DNA from: Candidatus Methanomethylophilaceae archaeon
Lineage (GTDB): Archaea > Thermoplasmatota > Thermoplasmata > Methanomassiliicoccales > Methanomethylophilaceae
Length of the DNA: 64,000 nt
Assembly: GCA_944320495.1 (NCBI GenBank)
Contig: CALUHR010000003.1
Coordinates: forward strand, 139,313-203,312
Direction of reading: 5' to 3'
The translations under genes and the position numbers were made by a program. This document shows positions 17,906-28,765 of the stretch, in pieces. Under the pieces are notes generated by a model. It ran no database searches. It worked only from the letters and a program-made list of their open reading frames with translations, and was not told the origin of the DNA. Each line of letters starts with the position of its first letter. Position 1 is the stretch's first letter.

Positions 17906-19300
17906 TCATTCGGAGTACGCGGAGGTCTCCCTCCCCCTGAGGAAGGATGCGAACGTCCCCACGATGCACATGCCGAGGCACACGGCGAAGGAGATGTGTA
18001 TCACGTCGAGGAACGAATCATAGTTCTCCGGCACGAGATTGTCCGACCCTCCCATTATCACCGAGATGAACAGCATCGCGATGCCCATGCTGACCATCAT
18101 GCCGGATTGGCGCATGACCGCCACCATGGCGGAGGCCTCCCCGGTCTCCTCAGGCCTGACAGAGCCCATGACGACCGACGTGTTGGGTGCGGAGAACATC
18201 CCCATGCCGAACCCGACCACGAGCATGGTGGCGATGACGAGCGTGTAGTCGACCTCTAGCCCGTAGAACAGGAAGAACGAGACACCTACGCCTGTGATGA
18301 TCATCCCGGTGGTCGGCAGGATGCGTTTGTCCTCGACGCGATCGGACAGACGGCCGAAAAGCGGTGTCACGACGGCCTGCAAGGCGGCCTGCACGAGCAT
18401 GAGGATTCCAGCCTCCGTGGCGGAGATGGCGCCGATGCTCTGGAGATAGAGCGCCAGGAAGTAGGATATGGAGTAGGACGCGGCATAGTTGAGGAACGTG
18501 GCGAGACAGGACCCGGCGAAGACCTTGGTCCTGAACAGCCCCACGTTCAGCAGATGGTCGGGCGTCCTGGATTCCCATCTGGCGAACAGAGCGATGACGA
18601 CCACCCCGATGACGAGCATCGCGACCGCCCAGAGCTCGGGCATGTTGATCACACCGCCCATGGCGAGCATGATGCCCACCCCGTACAGCACGCTCCCCCT
18701 ACCGTCGAAACGGTGTCCGGCGGACGGGGATATCTCATGCCTGAACGAGAGCATGCATATCGCCGATACGATGGCGAGCGGGACCACGAACAGAAACAGG
18801 GCGTGCCATCCAATCAGATCGTTGAGGGTCCCTCCCAGCGGGGGTCCCAGGGACAGGCCGATGTAGACGCACATGGTCTGCATGCCGATCGCGCCTCCCC
18901 TGGACTCGCGGGGATAGACGTCGGTGATGAGCGACACGCTGGTGGTCACGAGCGCGGCGGAGCCGAACCCCATGATGACCCTGCATCCTATGAGCCACCA
19001 GAACGTGGGCGACACAGCGCCCAGCAGGCAGGCGACAGCGATCGCGGTCAGCCCTATGAGATACATCCTCTTCTTGCCGATGATGTCCCCGGCGCGGGCC
19101 AGCGGGACCATGAACACGACCGACGATAGCAGGAACGCGGTGTTCACGTAGGCGAGCTGATGCGAACCCACGCCGAAGCTGTCCCCGATGTTGACCAGGG
19201 AGAGGTTCATCATCGTGCTCAGCAGCGGCGTGACAAGGCCGGAGATGCAGCAGGCGAGCAGGACGATGCCCCTCTCCCTCTTGCTGAATCCCTCCCCCAT
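17906..19300 (-). CDS. MFS transporter (14-TM, DHA2-like)
   Basis: ARAGDIIGKKR motif A, RGGAIG, GPPLGG and multiple TM segments. Confidence 0.9.
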   Translation of the reverse strand: MGEGFSKRERGIVLLACCISGLVTPLLSTMMNLSLVNIGDSFGVGSHQLAYVNTAFLLSSVVFMVPLARAGDIIGKKRMYLIGLTAIAVACLLGAVSPTFWWLIGCRVIMGFGSAALVTTSVSLITDVYPRESRGGAIGMQTMCVYIGLSLGPPLGGTLNDLIGWHALFLFVVPLAIVSAICMLSFRHEISPSAGHRFDGRGSVLYGVGIMLAMGGVINMPELWAVAMLVIGVVVIALFARWESRTPDHLLNVGLFRTKVFAGSCLATFLNYAASYSISYFLALYLQSIGAISATEAGILMLVQAALQAVVTPLFGRLSDRVEDKRILPTTGMIITGVGVSFFLFYGLEVDYTLVIATMLVVGFGMGMFSAPNTSVVMGSVRPEETGEASAMVAVMRQSGMMVSMGIAMLFISVIMGGSDNLVPENYDSFLDVIHISFAVCLGMCIVGTFASFLRGRETSAYSE

Positions 19301-19372
19301 GTCCGTCACATCTCCAATCGAATGACCCGGCGGTCCCTCCAATGAAAGGGACCGCCGATAAAACCATTTTTC

Positions 19373-20593
19373 TCAGGCGGCGGGACCGGCTGACGAGAAC
19401 CTGCGGTCCTTCGCGCAGTAGAGGATGAACAGGACCGCGACAACGACCGCCAGCGAACCCATGACACCGAACAGGTCGGGTATGCTGTCGTTGACGGCGG
19501 CGAGCAGAGGGACGCTGACGAGGGAGATCGAGAACTGGCCGAAGTTGAGGAAGGTGGAGTACCCTCCCATGATCTTCCCCGATGTGGATCCGGTGGCCTC
19601 ACCGGCGAGGACGTTCGTCACCGCCGGGCAGATCATCCCGATGCCGAGGCCGGCAAGCACCATCGTGAAGAACGCGGTTACGACGGCCGGATGGGTCATG
19701 ATGATGACCATCCCCACGCCCATGATGAGGAACCCGACCCCCATGATCATGAACGGCCTTATGCGGTCGGCCAGACGCCTATAGAACAGCGCCATGACGG
19801 CGTTGCTGATCCCGTTCACACCCAGGAACAGACCCACCACGGATGCGCTGAGATGACCCGGGAGCTCCGGATCCTCGAGGAATGTGGGCATCTTTGTGGG
19901 GAGGAGGAACGACATGGTCTGGCACACGAAGATGGCGACATAGCAGATCACGATGAGGCGGGTGTTGGCCTTCTTCGCCGGACGCTCCGCGGGCGTCGCC
20001 TCCCTGGCGGGCTCGCGGGACGGCTCCCTCATCGATGCGATGCAGAGAAGCAGGATCGGTATGCCGATCAGATAGACGAGGAACGGCTCATGCCAGCTGA
20101 ACGCCGCGAGCGAACCGCCGGTGTACTCCAGGATGAGTACACCGAGACCCATGGCGGCGGACTGGTAGCTCAGGACCTTTACCCTCGACACGCCGGTGTA
20201 GTACTCGGCCATCAGGGCGGTCACGGCGGCCGATATGCCGGCGATGCCGACACCGACCAGGAACCTCATGGCGAGGATGACCATCAGATCCTCGAGGAAG
20301 AAGCTGGCCACACCTGCGGCGGTGAACAGCACCAGCGCGACGCAAAGTGTGCGGACCTTCCCGAATTTGTCGGCAAGCGATCCGATGACCAGACCCAGGA
20401 GACCGACGGCGAGCGATGGGAGGGTGATGACCAGCGAGACCGCGAAGTCCTGGCCGGGGAACGCCTCGTTTATGAGCGGCAGAGCGGGTGCGACCGCGGC
20501 GCCTCCCATCAACATGAGCATGGATGCGAGAAGCATTGCGACGAGCGTGAGCCTCGTCGGAACGAACGGCTTCCCGTCGTTCTTCGTTTGCAT
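19373..20593 (-). CDS. MFS transporter (12-TM)
   Basis: GSLADKFGK motif A, VAPALP, multiple TM segments. Confidence 0.9.
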   Translation of the reverse strand: MQTKNDGKPFVPTRLTLVAMLLASMLMLMGGAAVAPALPLINEAFPGQDFAVSLVITLPSLAVGLLGLVIGSLADKFGKVRTLCVALVLFTAAGVASFFLEDLMVILAMRFLVGVGIAGISAAVTALMAEYYTGVSRVKVLSYQSAAMGLGVLILEYTGGSLAAFSWHEPFLVYLIGIPILLLCIASMREPSREPAREATPAERPAKKANTRLIVICYVAIFVCQTMSFLLPTKMPTFLEDPELPGHLSASVVGLFLGVNGISNAVMALFYRRLADRIRPFMIMGVGFLIMGVGMVIIMTHPAVVTAFFTMVLAGLGIGMICPAVTNVLAGEATGSTSGKIMGGYSTFLNFGQFSISLVSVPLLAAVNDSIPDLFGVMGSLAVVVAVLFILYCAKDRRFSSAGPAA

Positions 20594-20679
20594 GGCCTGC
20601 CTAGAATCGGCATCCGATTTAACGGTTTACAGAATCCCCCTCGCGCGACTATATATCATATCTCTGCATCGCAACGGCC

Positions 20680-21261
20680 ATGGATGCCACCCCCAAGATT
20701 CCCGAGATTGCAGAGAGGATACGCGCACTCCGCGAGATGTGCGGATTCACCGTCGAAGAGATGGCCGAGGCCACCGGCGTAACCGCGGAGGAGTTCTCCA
20801 GGCTCGAGACCGGCACCGAGGACTTCGGATTCACGTTCCTCTACAAATGCGCGGAGAAGCTTGGCGTGGACATCATCGAGATCATCACCGGCAGGGACCC
20901 GAAGCTCAGCGGGTTCTCCCTCGTCAGGTCGGGGGAGGGGCTGCCGATCAAGAGGCGCGAAGGATTCACCTACTATCACCTGGCACCCACCTTCAAGGAC
21001 AAGATCTCGGAACCGTTCCTCGTGTTCGCACCGTACATCCCCGAGGAGCAGGACAAGGAGATCCACCTCTCGTGCCACGAGGGGCAGGAGTTCGACTACA
21101 TCCTGTCCGGCTCCCTGCGCTTCTGCCACGAGGGCCGCACCGTGGACGTCGGACCCGGCGACACCCTCTACTACGACTCGGGAAAGGGGCACGGCATGAT
21201 CGCCACGTCCAGGGAGGGGTGCACCTTCCTCGCCGTGGTCATGAGGAGGGATACCGAGTGA
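20680..21261 (+). CDS. XRE-family HTH plus cupin transcriptional regulator
   Basis: IAERIRALRE..G..VEEMA HTH and the H.GQEFDYILSG...GDTLYYDS..GH cupin motif. Confidence 0.9.
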   Translation: MDATPKIPEIAERIRALREMCGFTVEEMAEATGVTAEEFSRLETGTEDFGFTFLYKCAEKLGVDIIEIITGRDPKLSGFSLVRSGEGLPIKRREGFTYYHLAPTFKDKISEPFLVFAPYIPEEQDKEIHLSCHEGQEFDYILSGSLRFCHEGRTVDVGPGDTLYYDSGKGHGMIATSREGCTFLAVVMRRDTE

Positions 21262-22898
21262 TCGGCATCTGGAAGGAGTACCTGAGGGAGGAGTTCGACG
21301 ACCAGGGACGCACCTCCAAGGCCCACATCGAGATCCCCCCGAACTTCAACTTCGCATACGACGTCGTGGACCGCATAGCGGCCGCTGAACCGGACAGGCG
21401 CGCGCTCCAGTGGTGCAGCGTGACCGGGGCCGAGAGGACGTTCACCTTCGGCGACATCAGCAGGCTCTCGAACAAGGCCGCCAACTATCTCACCTCCATG
21501 GGCATCACCAAGGGGGACTACGTGCTCGTCGTCGTCAAGCACAGCTGGCAGTTCTGGTACCTCTCGATCGCACTCCACAAGATCGGAGCGGTCATGGTGC
21601 CCGCCACCTTCATGCTCAGGAAGCACGACATCGAGTACCGCGTGAACGCAGCCAGGATCAAGGCGTGCATCTGTACCGCCACCTGCGACATACCCGATCA
21701 GGTGGACATCTCCGAGGACATACCGTCGCTGAAGATGAAGTTCCTGCTCAACGGTCACCGCGACGGCTGGATCGACATCGACGCCGGCGTGGAGACAGCA
21801 CCCGAGGAATGGACCAGGGTCCCGAACCGCTCCACCGACACCATGCTCATGTACTTCACCTCGGGGACCGCCGGGGACCCCAAGATGGTCCTCCACGACT
21901 TCTCCTACCCGCTGGGCCACATCCTCACCGCCAAGAACTGGTACTGCGTCGACCCCGAGGGCCTCCACTTCACCATCGCCGACACCGGCTGGATCAAGTG
22001 CGCCTGGGGGAAGCTGTACGCCCCGTGGATGATGGAGGCCGGGATCTTCGTCTACGAGTTCGAGAGGTTCGACCCCTCGGACATCATGGACAAAGTCGAG
22101 AGGTACAGGATCACCACCCTCTGCAGCCCGCCCACCATGTTCAGGATGTTCCTCAACGCCGGGACCGAAGGGCACGACCTGTCCTCGCTGAAGCACACCG
22201 GCATCGCCGGCGAGGCCCTGAGCCCCAACACCTACAAGATGTGGCTGGAGAACACAGGGCTGAAGCTCATGGAGGCCTTCGGGCAGACCGAGACCCCGCC
22301 GATCATCGGGACCTGGGACGGATACGAACCGAAGCCGGGATCGATGGGCGTCCCCTCCCCGCTGTTCGATGTTGACCTTGTGGATCCGGACGGCAACCCC
22401 GTGCCCCCTGGTGTCGACGGCGAGATCATCGTCCGCGTGGCTAACCGCGAGCCTGGAATCACCGTCGGCTACCTGAAGAACGACAAGGGCAACCGCGAGC
22501 TCCAGGTGGAGCACGTCCACCACACCGGCGACGTCGCCTGGAGGGATGAGGACGGCTACTTCTGGTACGTCGGCAGGAACGACGACATCATCAAGTCCTC
22601 CGGATACAGGATCAGCCCGTTCGAGATCGAGAGCGTCCTGATGCACCACCCCGCTGTTCTGGAGTGCGCCATCACCGGCATACCGGACCCCGTCAGGGGC
22701 CAGCTAGTGAAGGCCACCATCGTCCTCCGCGCAGGATACGAGGGCACGGACGAGCTGGCGAAGGAGCTCCAGAACTACGTCAAGAAGGGCACAGCCCCGT
22801 ACAAGTACCCCAGGGCCATCGAGTTCGTCAAGGAACTGCCCAAGTCCACCTCCGGGAAGATCATGCGGCGCACGATCAGGAAGAAGGACGCGGAGTGA
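21258..22898 (+). CDS. AMP-binding acyl-CoA synthetase
   Basis: YFTSGTAGDPK, EAFGQTET, TGD, GRNDDIIKSSGYRI, PKSTSGK. GTG start overlapping the regulator stop. Confidence 0.93.
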   Translation: MIGIWKEYLREEFDDQGRTSKAHIEIPPNFNFAYDVVDRIAAAEPDRRALQWCSVTGAERTFTFGDISRLSNKAANYLTSMGITKGDYVLVVVKHSWQFWYLSIALHKIGAVMVPATFMLRKHDIEYRVNAARIKACICTATCDIPDQVDISEDIPSLKMKFLLNGHRDGWIDIDAGVETAPEEWTRVPNRSTDTMLMYFTSGTAGDPKMVLHDFSYPLGHILTAKNWYCVDPEGLHFTIADTGWIKCAWGKLYAPWMMEAGIFVYEFERFDPSDIMDKVERYRITTLCSPPTMFRMFLNAGTEGHDLSSLKHTGIAGEALSPNTYKMWLENTGLKLMEAFGQTETPPIIGTWDGYEPKPGSMGVPSPLFDVDLVDPDGNPVPPGVDGEIIVRVANREPGITVGYLKNDKGNRELQVEHVHHTGDVAWRDEDGYFWYVGRNDDIIKSSGYRISPFEIESVLMHHPAVLECAITGIPDPVRGQLVKATIVLRAGYEGTDELAKELQNYVKKGTAPYKYPRAIEFVKELPKSTSGKIMRRTIRKKDAE

Positions 22899-22946
22899 AG
22901 GACCTGTAAGAAGGATGCCCCGACCGAATCCGGACGGTGTCCGTCC

Positions 22947-23316
22947 ATGACTGGACACATATCGATCGACGAGTCAGGCGACCTCGGTTCCAAAGAGTCG
23001 ACATGCTTGCCATAGCTGCGCTGGTGATGCTGAGGTAAGTCCTCGCGGATGCTGTGGGTGTCCTCTTTGCAGGGATTTCAACGTGATCGTGGACCGTAGC
23101 AGCTTCATCGAGATCGAAAGACTCAGGTAGATGACGAGAGAGGAAGCTGTGAAGACCCGGAGTCAATCTGATGAAGTGCGACAAAGTGACATCTGAGCAG
23201 AACAGGTGTGTCCATCTGGTCGACTATTGCCGGTGCTTCCAGGACAAGATTCGAGGATGAGGACACATCGATACACGTTAATCGAGAAGAGAATATCCGT
23301 TGCCCGCAGGTACTAA
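22947..23316 (+). pseudogene. DUF3800 (RNase H-like) gene remnant
   Basis: N-terminus MTGHISIDESGDLG, C-terminal SEQNRCVHLVDY-(frameshift)-AGA motif, end IEKRISVARRY*. The middle is deleted and interrupted. Confidence 0.7.
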
Positions 23317-23394
23317 GGGCCACCCAACGGCGACCGACACTGCGGGTCTTATCTGGATACCTGTAACCTGTTTCTTTACTATTTGAATGGTTTA

Positions 23395-24936
23395 TCAGTA
23401 GAAGTACAGTCTTGTTCTTCTCAGGTGAAGGTACAGGACGGCTGTCAGGATCAGCACGATCATCGCCGTCACACCCATCGTGAGATCGGGCACCGGGCTC
23501 ATGCCGGATACCATCAATGGGACGATCACAGATGCCAGGCCTATCCCCATGGACCCCAGCATGGACACGGAGCCACCCTTCACCGCATAGTACTCGCTGC
23601 TCCAGTCGTACCTCGGATAACGTATGTTCATGACCATTCCCAGAGCGGGGGTGAACAGGGCGTATGAGGTTGAAACCACGACGAGCAGAACGAGATCCAC
23701 GCCCGAGATCCCCAGGCCGATGGCAAGCATCGCTATGCTCACGAGTTCCAGAGGGACGACGATCGTGAGGTTGACTAGAATCTTCGATAGGAAGATGTCC
23801 CATGGCCTCAGAGGCGACGAACCCAAGATCCAGCGGGTATCGCCCTCCATCGAAAGAGACACGGACGTCGTGCAGGAGAGCGCGACGAAGAACGAGACGA
23901 ACAACGGCATAGCCGTCGTCAACAGCGGCATGAGCTGTCCGAGCTCGGAGGAGTCAAGACCGTCGGTGAAGGCAATCATGTACGACAGCACGACCAGGAG
24001 AAGCATCCCGACGGCCGTGTTCGTGATGTAGATCCTGCTGGATACGTATCTCCTGATGTCTCTTCTGTACAGGGAGAACAGGCGTCCGCTGGCACGGGCT
24101 TCGGCAGCGGAAGCCTTGCGGGCGGCAGAGGCATTCCTCGAGTTGAGGCTCATCAGACATCTCGATGCGACCAGCACCACGACTGTTGCTGATGCGAGCG
24201 ATGCGACGATCAGCAGGATGATGCACGGGACATCCCAAGCGGCCCATCCGGCGATCCATGCGGCAGGAGGACAGAATGCTAGAACCACATCCCCGAGGGA
24301 TGTGATCATGTCGGATCCTCCGACCTCTCCGGACATCCAGTCCATCAGCACGGCCAGGACGGCTACGATGACCACCAGTGCGACGATCGAGGTCGCACCC
24401 TTGTGAGACGATGTCGAACCGACCCTGCTGACGATGGTGCCAAGGGCGGCTCCGACGGATGCGGGTATGAGCGAACCGATGAGTGTGGCGACTGTGAATG
24501 CGAATATGGAGCCCATGGAATAGTGACCGGACATCGCCAGAGCTCCGATAAGTGACAGATACAGTCCGATCGCCGCCGACACCAAATACACCGACAGGAA
24601 GCGGGATAGGGCGACATGGGTCGAACTGACCGGCATGGACATCACGAGGTCGTAGTCATCGAACACGAACGCATGGGTTCCCCTGAAGAAGGAGAATCCC
24701 AGGGAAGCCGTGACGGAGATGAAGGCGGCAATCAGAGGAATCTGATCGGCAAGCCCCATCTGGACCAGAGCGTCCATGAACATATATTGGATGAAACCGA
24801 ACAACACAGCGACAAGGGCCACCGATGCGAAGTAGGTCAGGGCATCGCGATTACCGCTCCGCCTGTGGAACACCGCTCCGAGGCGCAGCTCCTCGCACAG
24901 CTGTATCTTCATGAGGGCTGCGATGTCACTGCCCAT
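23395..24936 (-). CDS. ABC-2 type exporter permease
   Basis: DYDLVMSMPV, SLSMEG..RWIL.SSP, SKILVN; many TM segments; follows an ABC ATPase. Confidence 0.85.
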   Translation of the reverse strand: MGSDIAALMKIQLCEELRLGAVFHRRSGNRDALTYFASVALVAVLFGFIQYMFMDALVQMGLADQIPLIAAFISVTASLGFSFFRGTHAFVFDDYDLVMSMPVSSTHVALSRFLSVYLVSAAIGLYLSLIGALAMSGHYSMGSIFAFTVATLIGSLIPASVGAALGTIVSRVGSTSSHKGATSIVALVVIVAVLAVLMDWMSGEVGGSDMITSLGDVVLAFCPPAAWIAGWAAWDVPCIILLIVASLASATVVVLVASRCLMSLNSRNASAARKASAAEARASGRLFSLYRRDIRRYVSSRIYITNTAVGMLLLVVLSYMIAFTDGLDSSELGQLMPLLTTAMPLFVSFFVALSCTTSVSLSMEGDTRWILGSSPLRPWDIFLSKILVNLTIVVPLELVSIAMLAIGLGISGVDLVLLVVVSTSYALFTPALGMVMNIRYPRYDWSSEYYAVKGGSVSMLGSMGIGLASVIVPLMVSGMSPVPDLTMGVTAMIVLILTAVLYLHLRRTRLYFY

Positions 24937-25675
24937 CAGCCATCAGCTCCAGGAACGCATCCTCAAGCGTGCCGTCGCCACGGACCCCATCCATGCCGCC
25001 AGATGCCACCAGCCTGCCCGACTTGATCACAGACACGGTGTCGCAGAGCCTCTCGGCCACGTCCAGGACGTGGGTCGAGAAGAACACGGCGCATCCCGAA
25101 TCGCACATCTCGCGCATCATCATCTTCAGGGAATGGGTCGACTCCGGATCGAGACCGACGAACGGCTCATCGAGTATCAGGAGCTTCGGGTCGTGCGACA
25201 GGGCACCGATGATGGCCAATTTCTGCTTCATGCCGTGGCTGTACGAACCGATGAGACTGCCAAGGTCGTCCCGGAGCCCGAACACGGAAGACAGCCTGTC
25301 GATCCTCTCGCGGCGATCCCCTTCGGAGACACCGTACATGTCGCACACGAAGTCGAGGTACTGTATTCCGGAGATGTAGTCGTAGAGGTCGGGGTTGTCC
25401 GGGATGTACGCCAGTACCCTCTTGCATTGAACCGGCTCCTCTTTGATGGAGTGCCCGTCGATCGTGATCTCGCCCTCATCGAAATCCATCAGCCCAACCA
25501 CTGCGCGAAGTGTGGTGGTCTTCCCGGCCCCGTTGCGTCCTATGAACGCGTGGATCTCCCCGGGACGGACATTCAGAGAAAGGTCGGAGACAGCCTTCTT
25601 GCCTCCCTTGTAGGTCTTGGACAGATTCTCTATGCGGAGTATGCCCCCGTTGTTCCGATTCCCACCCATGGTCAT
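24926..25675 (-). CDS. ABC transporter ATP-binding protein
   Basis: GRNGAGKTT, YSHGMKQK, LILDEP, FSTH. Confidence 0.95.
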   Translation of the reverse strand: MTMGGNRNNGGILRIENLSKTYKGGKKAVSDLSLNVRPGEIHAFIGRNGAGKTTTLRAVVGLMDFDEGEITIDGHSIKEEPVQCKRVLAYIPDNPDLYDYISGIQYLDFVCDMYGVSEGDRRERIDRLSSVFGLRDDLGSLIGSYSHGMKQKLAIIGALSHDPKLLILDEPFVGLDPESTHSLKMMMREMCDSGCAVFFSTHVLDVAERLCDTVSVIKSGRLVASGGMDGVRGDGTLEDAFLELMADGQ

Positions 25676-25752
25676 CGGTTACCATGGTATCTCGATTCTG
25701 TATTTATTAAGCGTTAATCCAAGATTGATACTAATCATCTAATAGTGAAGCA

Positions 25753-26310
25753 TCAGGAGTGGGGCGGTGAGAGGATGAGACCGATGGTGTGGAACCTGCG
25801 GCCATCGGCAGGCTCGTTCTCCCTGAGCCTCCCGATGATGTCGGCGATCTCCCTCATGGCGCCGTTGATCTCCTCGTTGGTTGCAAGGACAGGGCTCATG
25901 GAGAATCCGGCATCGTGGGTGAGGTTAGCGTCGGAGTCGTCGCAGAACTCGCGGAACTGTTGCACGAAGCTCAGAACGTACTGCATGAACATGGAGAAGT
26001 ACATCTCTGATGGGTTCGACCGGAGGACTGATTCCATATCTTCGAACACCCTCTTTACCGGAGCATAGGTGCGTTCCACGGTGCCACGTTTCTTCACTTC
26101 GTCGACGATCTCGATCAACCCATCGTCGGTGAGGCGTTTGAGTTGACGATACATGGTGGCACGAGGTATGTTCGGGCATCTGCTGTGAAGCTCGCTGGCT
26201 TTGGAACATGTACCGCGGAGTATCTCCACGAAAAGCTGACATCTGTAGGGATCGGACAGACAATCCACGATATGGCGGTTGAACTCCTCAGCAGACTCAG
26301 CTTTCTCCAT
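25753..26310 (-). CDS. ArsR-like wHTH transcriptional regulator
   Basis: LSDPYRCQL...IPRATMYRQLKRL...G.IEIV.E..KRG.VE..Y. Confidence 0.8.
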   Translation of the reverse strand: MEKAESAEEFNRHIVDCLSDPYRCQLFVEILRGTCSKASELHSRCPNIPRATMYRQLKRLTDDGLIEIVDEVKKRGTVERTYAPVKRVFEDMESVLRSNPSEMYFSMFMQYVLSFVQQFREFCDDSDANLTHDAGFSMSPVLATNEEINGAMREIADIIGRLRENEPADGRRFHTIGLILSPPHS

Positions 26311-26507
26311 CGATCGGGAGATGGAGACGATATTAATGTGGATTGTTCAGTAATCCCGGGGGATGTGTGACGTGGTTCGTTGATTCATCGAGTTCCCACT
26401 CAGATGTTCCCCTGTCAAAACCTGACCTTCGACGCTCGATTGATCCGATTCACGTATCTCGAACACCGCACGACAGCTCTGATGCGAACGATTAACCCCG
26501 GTGGGTC

Positions 26508-26530
26508 CTCCGGCGGATCTCCCGCCGGAG
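26508..26530 (-). terminator. Hairpin downstream of the nitrite/sulfite reductase gene
   Basis: Perfect 9-bp stem CTCCGGCGG/CCGCCGGAG. Confidence 0.65.
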
Positions 26531-26536
26531 TATGTT

Positions 26537-28060
26537 TCATGCTATGTAGTCCGCCAGGACCTGTCTGATGTCGTTGGAGCTCAGCCACTCGTCGAAGCAC
26601 TTGCCGCTGTCCCTGACGGCCTTCCCCAGTGTGACGACCATCTCCGGGATCCTGTCCTGGGCGATGGTCCCGACCTCCTCGCCCATGCGCTCCCTGCCCT
26701 CGGCTCCGCATCCGTTGATGGACATCTTGAACGCCGGCACGGCCTGACCGTCGACGGTCTTCGAGGCTCCCTGGAGGCCGACGATCCCGACCTGGTGACA
26801 TCCGCACGAGGACGGGCATCCGGAGATCCTGAACCTCGGGAGGTACTCCCCGACGCCGGCCTCGCGGACCGCCGCGATCATGGCGTTGAGCAGGCCGCTG
26901 GAGTCGCGGACACCCTGCTGGCAGATCGTCCCGCCGATGCACGACACGGAGGTCTCGAACAGGTTCCGGGCGCCGCCCTCGGTAGCGTCCCTCACCCTGA
27001 CCGCCTCCGCGCCGTCCAGGTTGATGATGTACAGGGCGCTGTCGGGGGACACGCGAACCTCCGCGCCGTCTGCGTCGGCGATGGCGTCCCTTATCCTCTC
27101 TAGCATCTCCAGGGGCACGTCCCCTCCCACGGGATGGTACTCCACATAGTACAGCCCTTCCTGGCTCTGCCTGTGGATCCTCTCCCCGGAGACGTCCTTG
27201 ACCTCCTTGATCGGGAACACCGACGGGGCGGGATGGATGTCCATGCCGCCCTGCTCCAGCAGTCTGGATAGGTGCTTGCCGTACTCCTTGGCGAACAGCT
27301 CGTCCCCGAGCCTGTCCCTCATGTACCTGGTGCGGGCCCTGCCGCGGTTCTCGTAGTCGCCGTGCTCCATGAAGGTGTCCACCATGGCGCGCACGTAGTA
27401 CAGCACCTTGGACGGGTCCACGCCCTCGGCGAGCATCATGCCGAACTTCGGGTTGTTACCCAGACCGCCTGCCCCCCAGACGTCGAACCTCCCGTCCGGC
27501 CTGGAGACGAATCCCAGGTCCCTGAAGGTGGCGTGCGTCTCGTTCCTCGGCGAGCTGGAGAACGTGACCTTCAGCTTGCGGGGCATCTTGACATCGGGCA
27601 TGATGTCCAGCAGGTACGTCTCGGCGGCCTTCGCGTAGGGGTACACGTCGAAGTTCTCCCCCGGCTCGACGCCGGACAGCGACGTCGCGGACACGTTCCT
27701 CGGGTTGTCCCCTCCCCCTCCCTGGGTGTTGATGCCATGGTCCAGTGCGCGGTCCATGATCTCCGCGATCTCGTCCCCCTTGAGGTTGTGCAGCTGTACG
27801 GTCTCGCAGGTGGTGGTATGGATCCTGGACACCCCGTACCTCCTGCACTCGTCTATGATGAACGACAGCTTGTCCCTGTCCATGTGGCCGCCGCACATGC
27901 GGAGCCTGATCATACCAAGCTCTCCGCCCCTCTGGGCATAGCTGCCGAACCTGCCGGATATGCCCTTGTACGTCTTGGCGTCCATCTCGCCGGAGAAGAA
28001 CTTCCTCTCGGCGTCGACGAACTCCGGTATCCTCGACCTGAAGAACTCGCTGTCCCTCAT
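26537..28060 (-). CDS. Ferredoxin-type nitrite/sulfite reductase (siroheme-[4Fe-4S])
   Basis: MIRLR, HTTT..TVQLH, GDNPRNV, PRKLKV.FS, DLGF, C-x5-C (CIGGTIC) and SGCPSSCG ligands. Confidence 0.88.
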   Translation of the reverse strand: MRDSEFFRSRIPEFVDAERKFFSGEMDAKTYKGISGRFGSYAQRGGELGMIRLRMCGGHMDRDKLSFIIDECRRYGVSRIHTTTCETVQLHNLKGDEIAEIMDRALDHGINTQGGGGDNPRNVSATSLSGVEPGENFDVYPYAKAAETYLLDIMPDVKMPRKLKVTFSSSPRNETHATFRDLGFVSRPDGRFDVWGAGGLGNNPKFGMMLAEGVDPSKVLYYVRAMVDTFMEHGDYENRGRARTRYMRDRLGDELFAKEYGKHLSRLLEQGGMDIHPAPSVFPIKEVKDVSGERIHRQSQEGLYYVEYHPVGGDVPLEMLERIRDAIADADGAEVRVSPDSALYIINLDGAEAVRVRDATEGGARNLFETSVSCIGGTICQQGVRDSSGLLNAMIAAVREAGVGEYLPRFRISGCPSSCGCHQVGIVGLQGASKTVDGQAVPAFKMSINGCGAEGRERMGEEVGTIAQDRIPEMVVTLGKAVRDSGKCFDEWLSSNDIRQVLADYIA

Positions 28061-28150
28061 CTCTTACACCTGCGGGCGAATCAGGTCAGGCGTTTATACG
28101 GATGGCGGGCGACGGCAGGCATTAAACCCCCCTTTAGAGATTCACATGAC

Positions 28151-28705
28151 ATGTCAGGAACCACCGGGTGTCCGAAGGATGTCAAGGAGGGCCTGGGACT
28201 CGTCCAGGTCTACACGGGGAACGGAAAGGGCAAGACGACATGCGCCCTGGGACTCGCCTTCAGGGCGGTAGGGTGCGGACTGAACGTCATCATGATACAG
28301 TTCCTAAAGCCCGACGGAGGGTACGGGGAGCACATCTCCGCCTCCAGGATGGATGGGTTCGAGATCGTACCGATGGGCGTCGACCACATGGATGAGAAGG
28401 TGCCGCTGGAGAAGGACCTGGAGCTCACCAGGGCAGCCATGGCGAAGGCCCGCGAGGTCCTCACCTCCGGCGAGTACGACCTTGTGATACTCGACGAGAT
28501 CAACAACTCGCTGAAGTTCAAACACGTCACACCGCAGGAGGTCATCGATCTGCTGGATTCGAGGGCTCCCCACACCGAGGTCGTGCTGACCGGGCGCGGG
28601 GCCCCGCAGGAGATCATCGACTACGCCGACCTCGTGACCGAGATGAGGATGATCAAGCACCCCATGGACAGGGGCGTGCCCGCCAGGAGAGGCATCGAGT
28701 TCTGA
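28151..28705 (+). CDS. cobO: Cob(I)yrinic acid a,c-diamide adenosyltransferase
   Basis: GLVQVYTGNGKGKTT.A.G, QFLK, LVILDEI, LTGR, ADLVTEM..IKHP, GIEF. Confidence 0.95.
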   Translation: MSGTTGCPKDVKEGLGLVQVYTGNGKGKTTCALGLAFRAVGCGLNVIMIQFLKPDGGYGEHISASRMDGFEIVPMGVDHMDEKVPLEKDLELTRAAMAKAREVLTSGEYDLVILDEINNSLKFKHVTPQEVIDLLDSRAPHTEVVLTGRGAPQEIIDYADLVTEMRMIKHPMDRGVPARRGIEF

Positions 28706-28765
28706 CCGCTCCGCCGAAGGGCGGGGCGGAACCCCTAAATCGTACCCATGGGGTAGGCCACGCAT

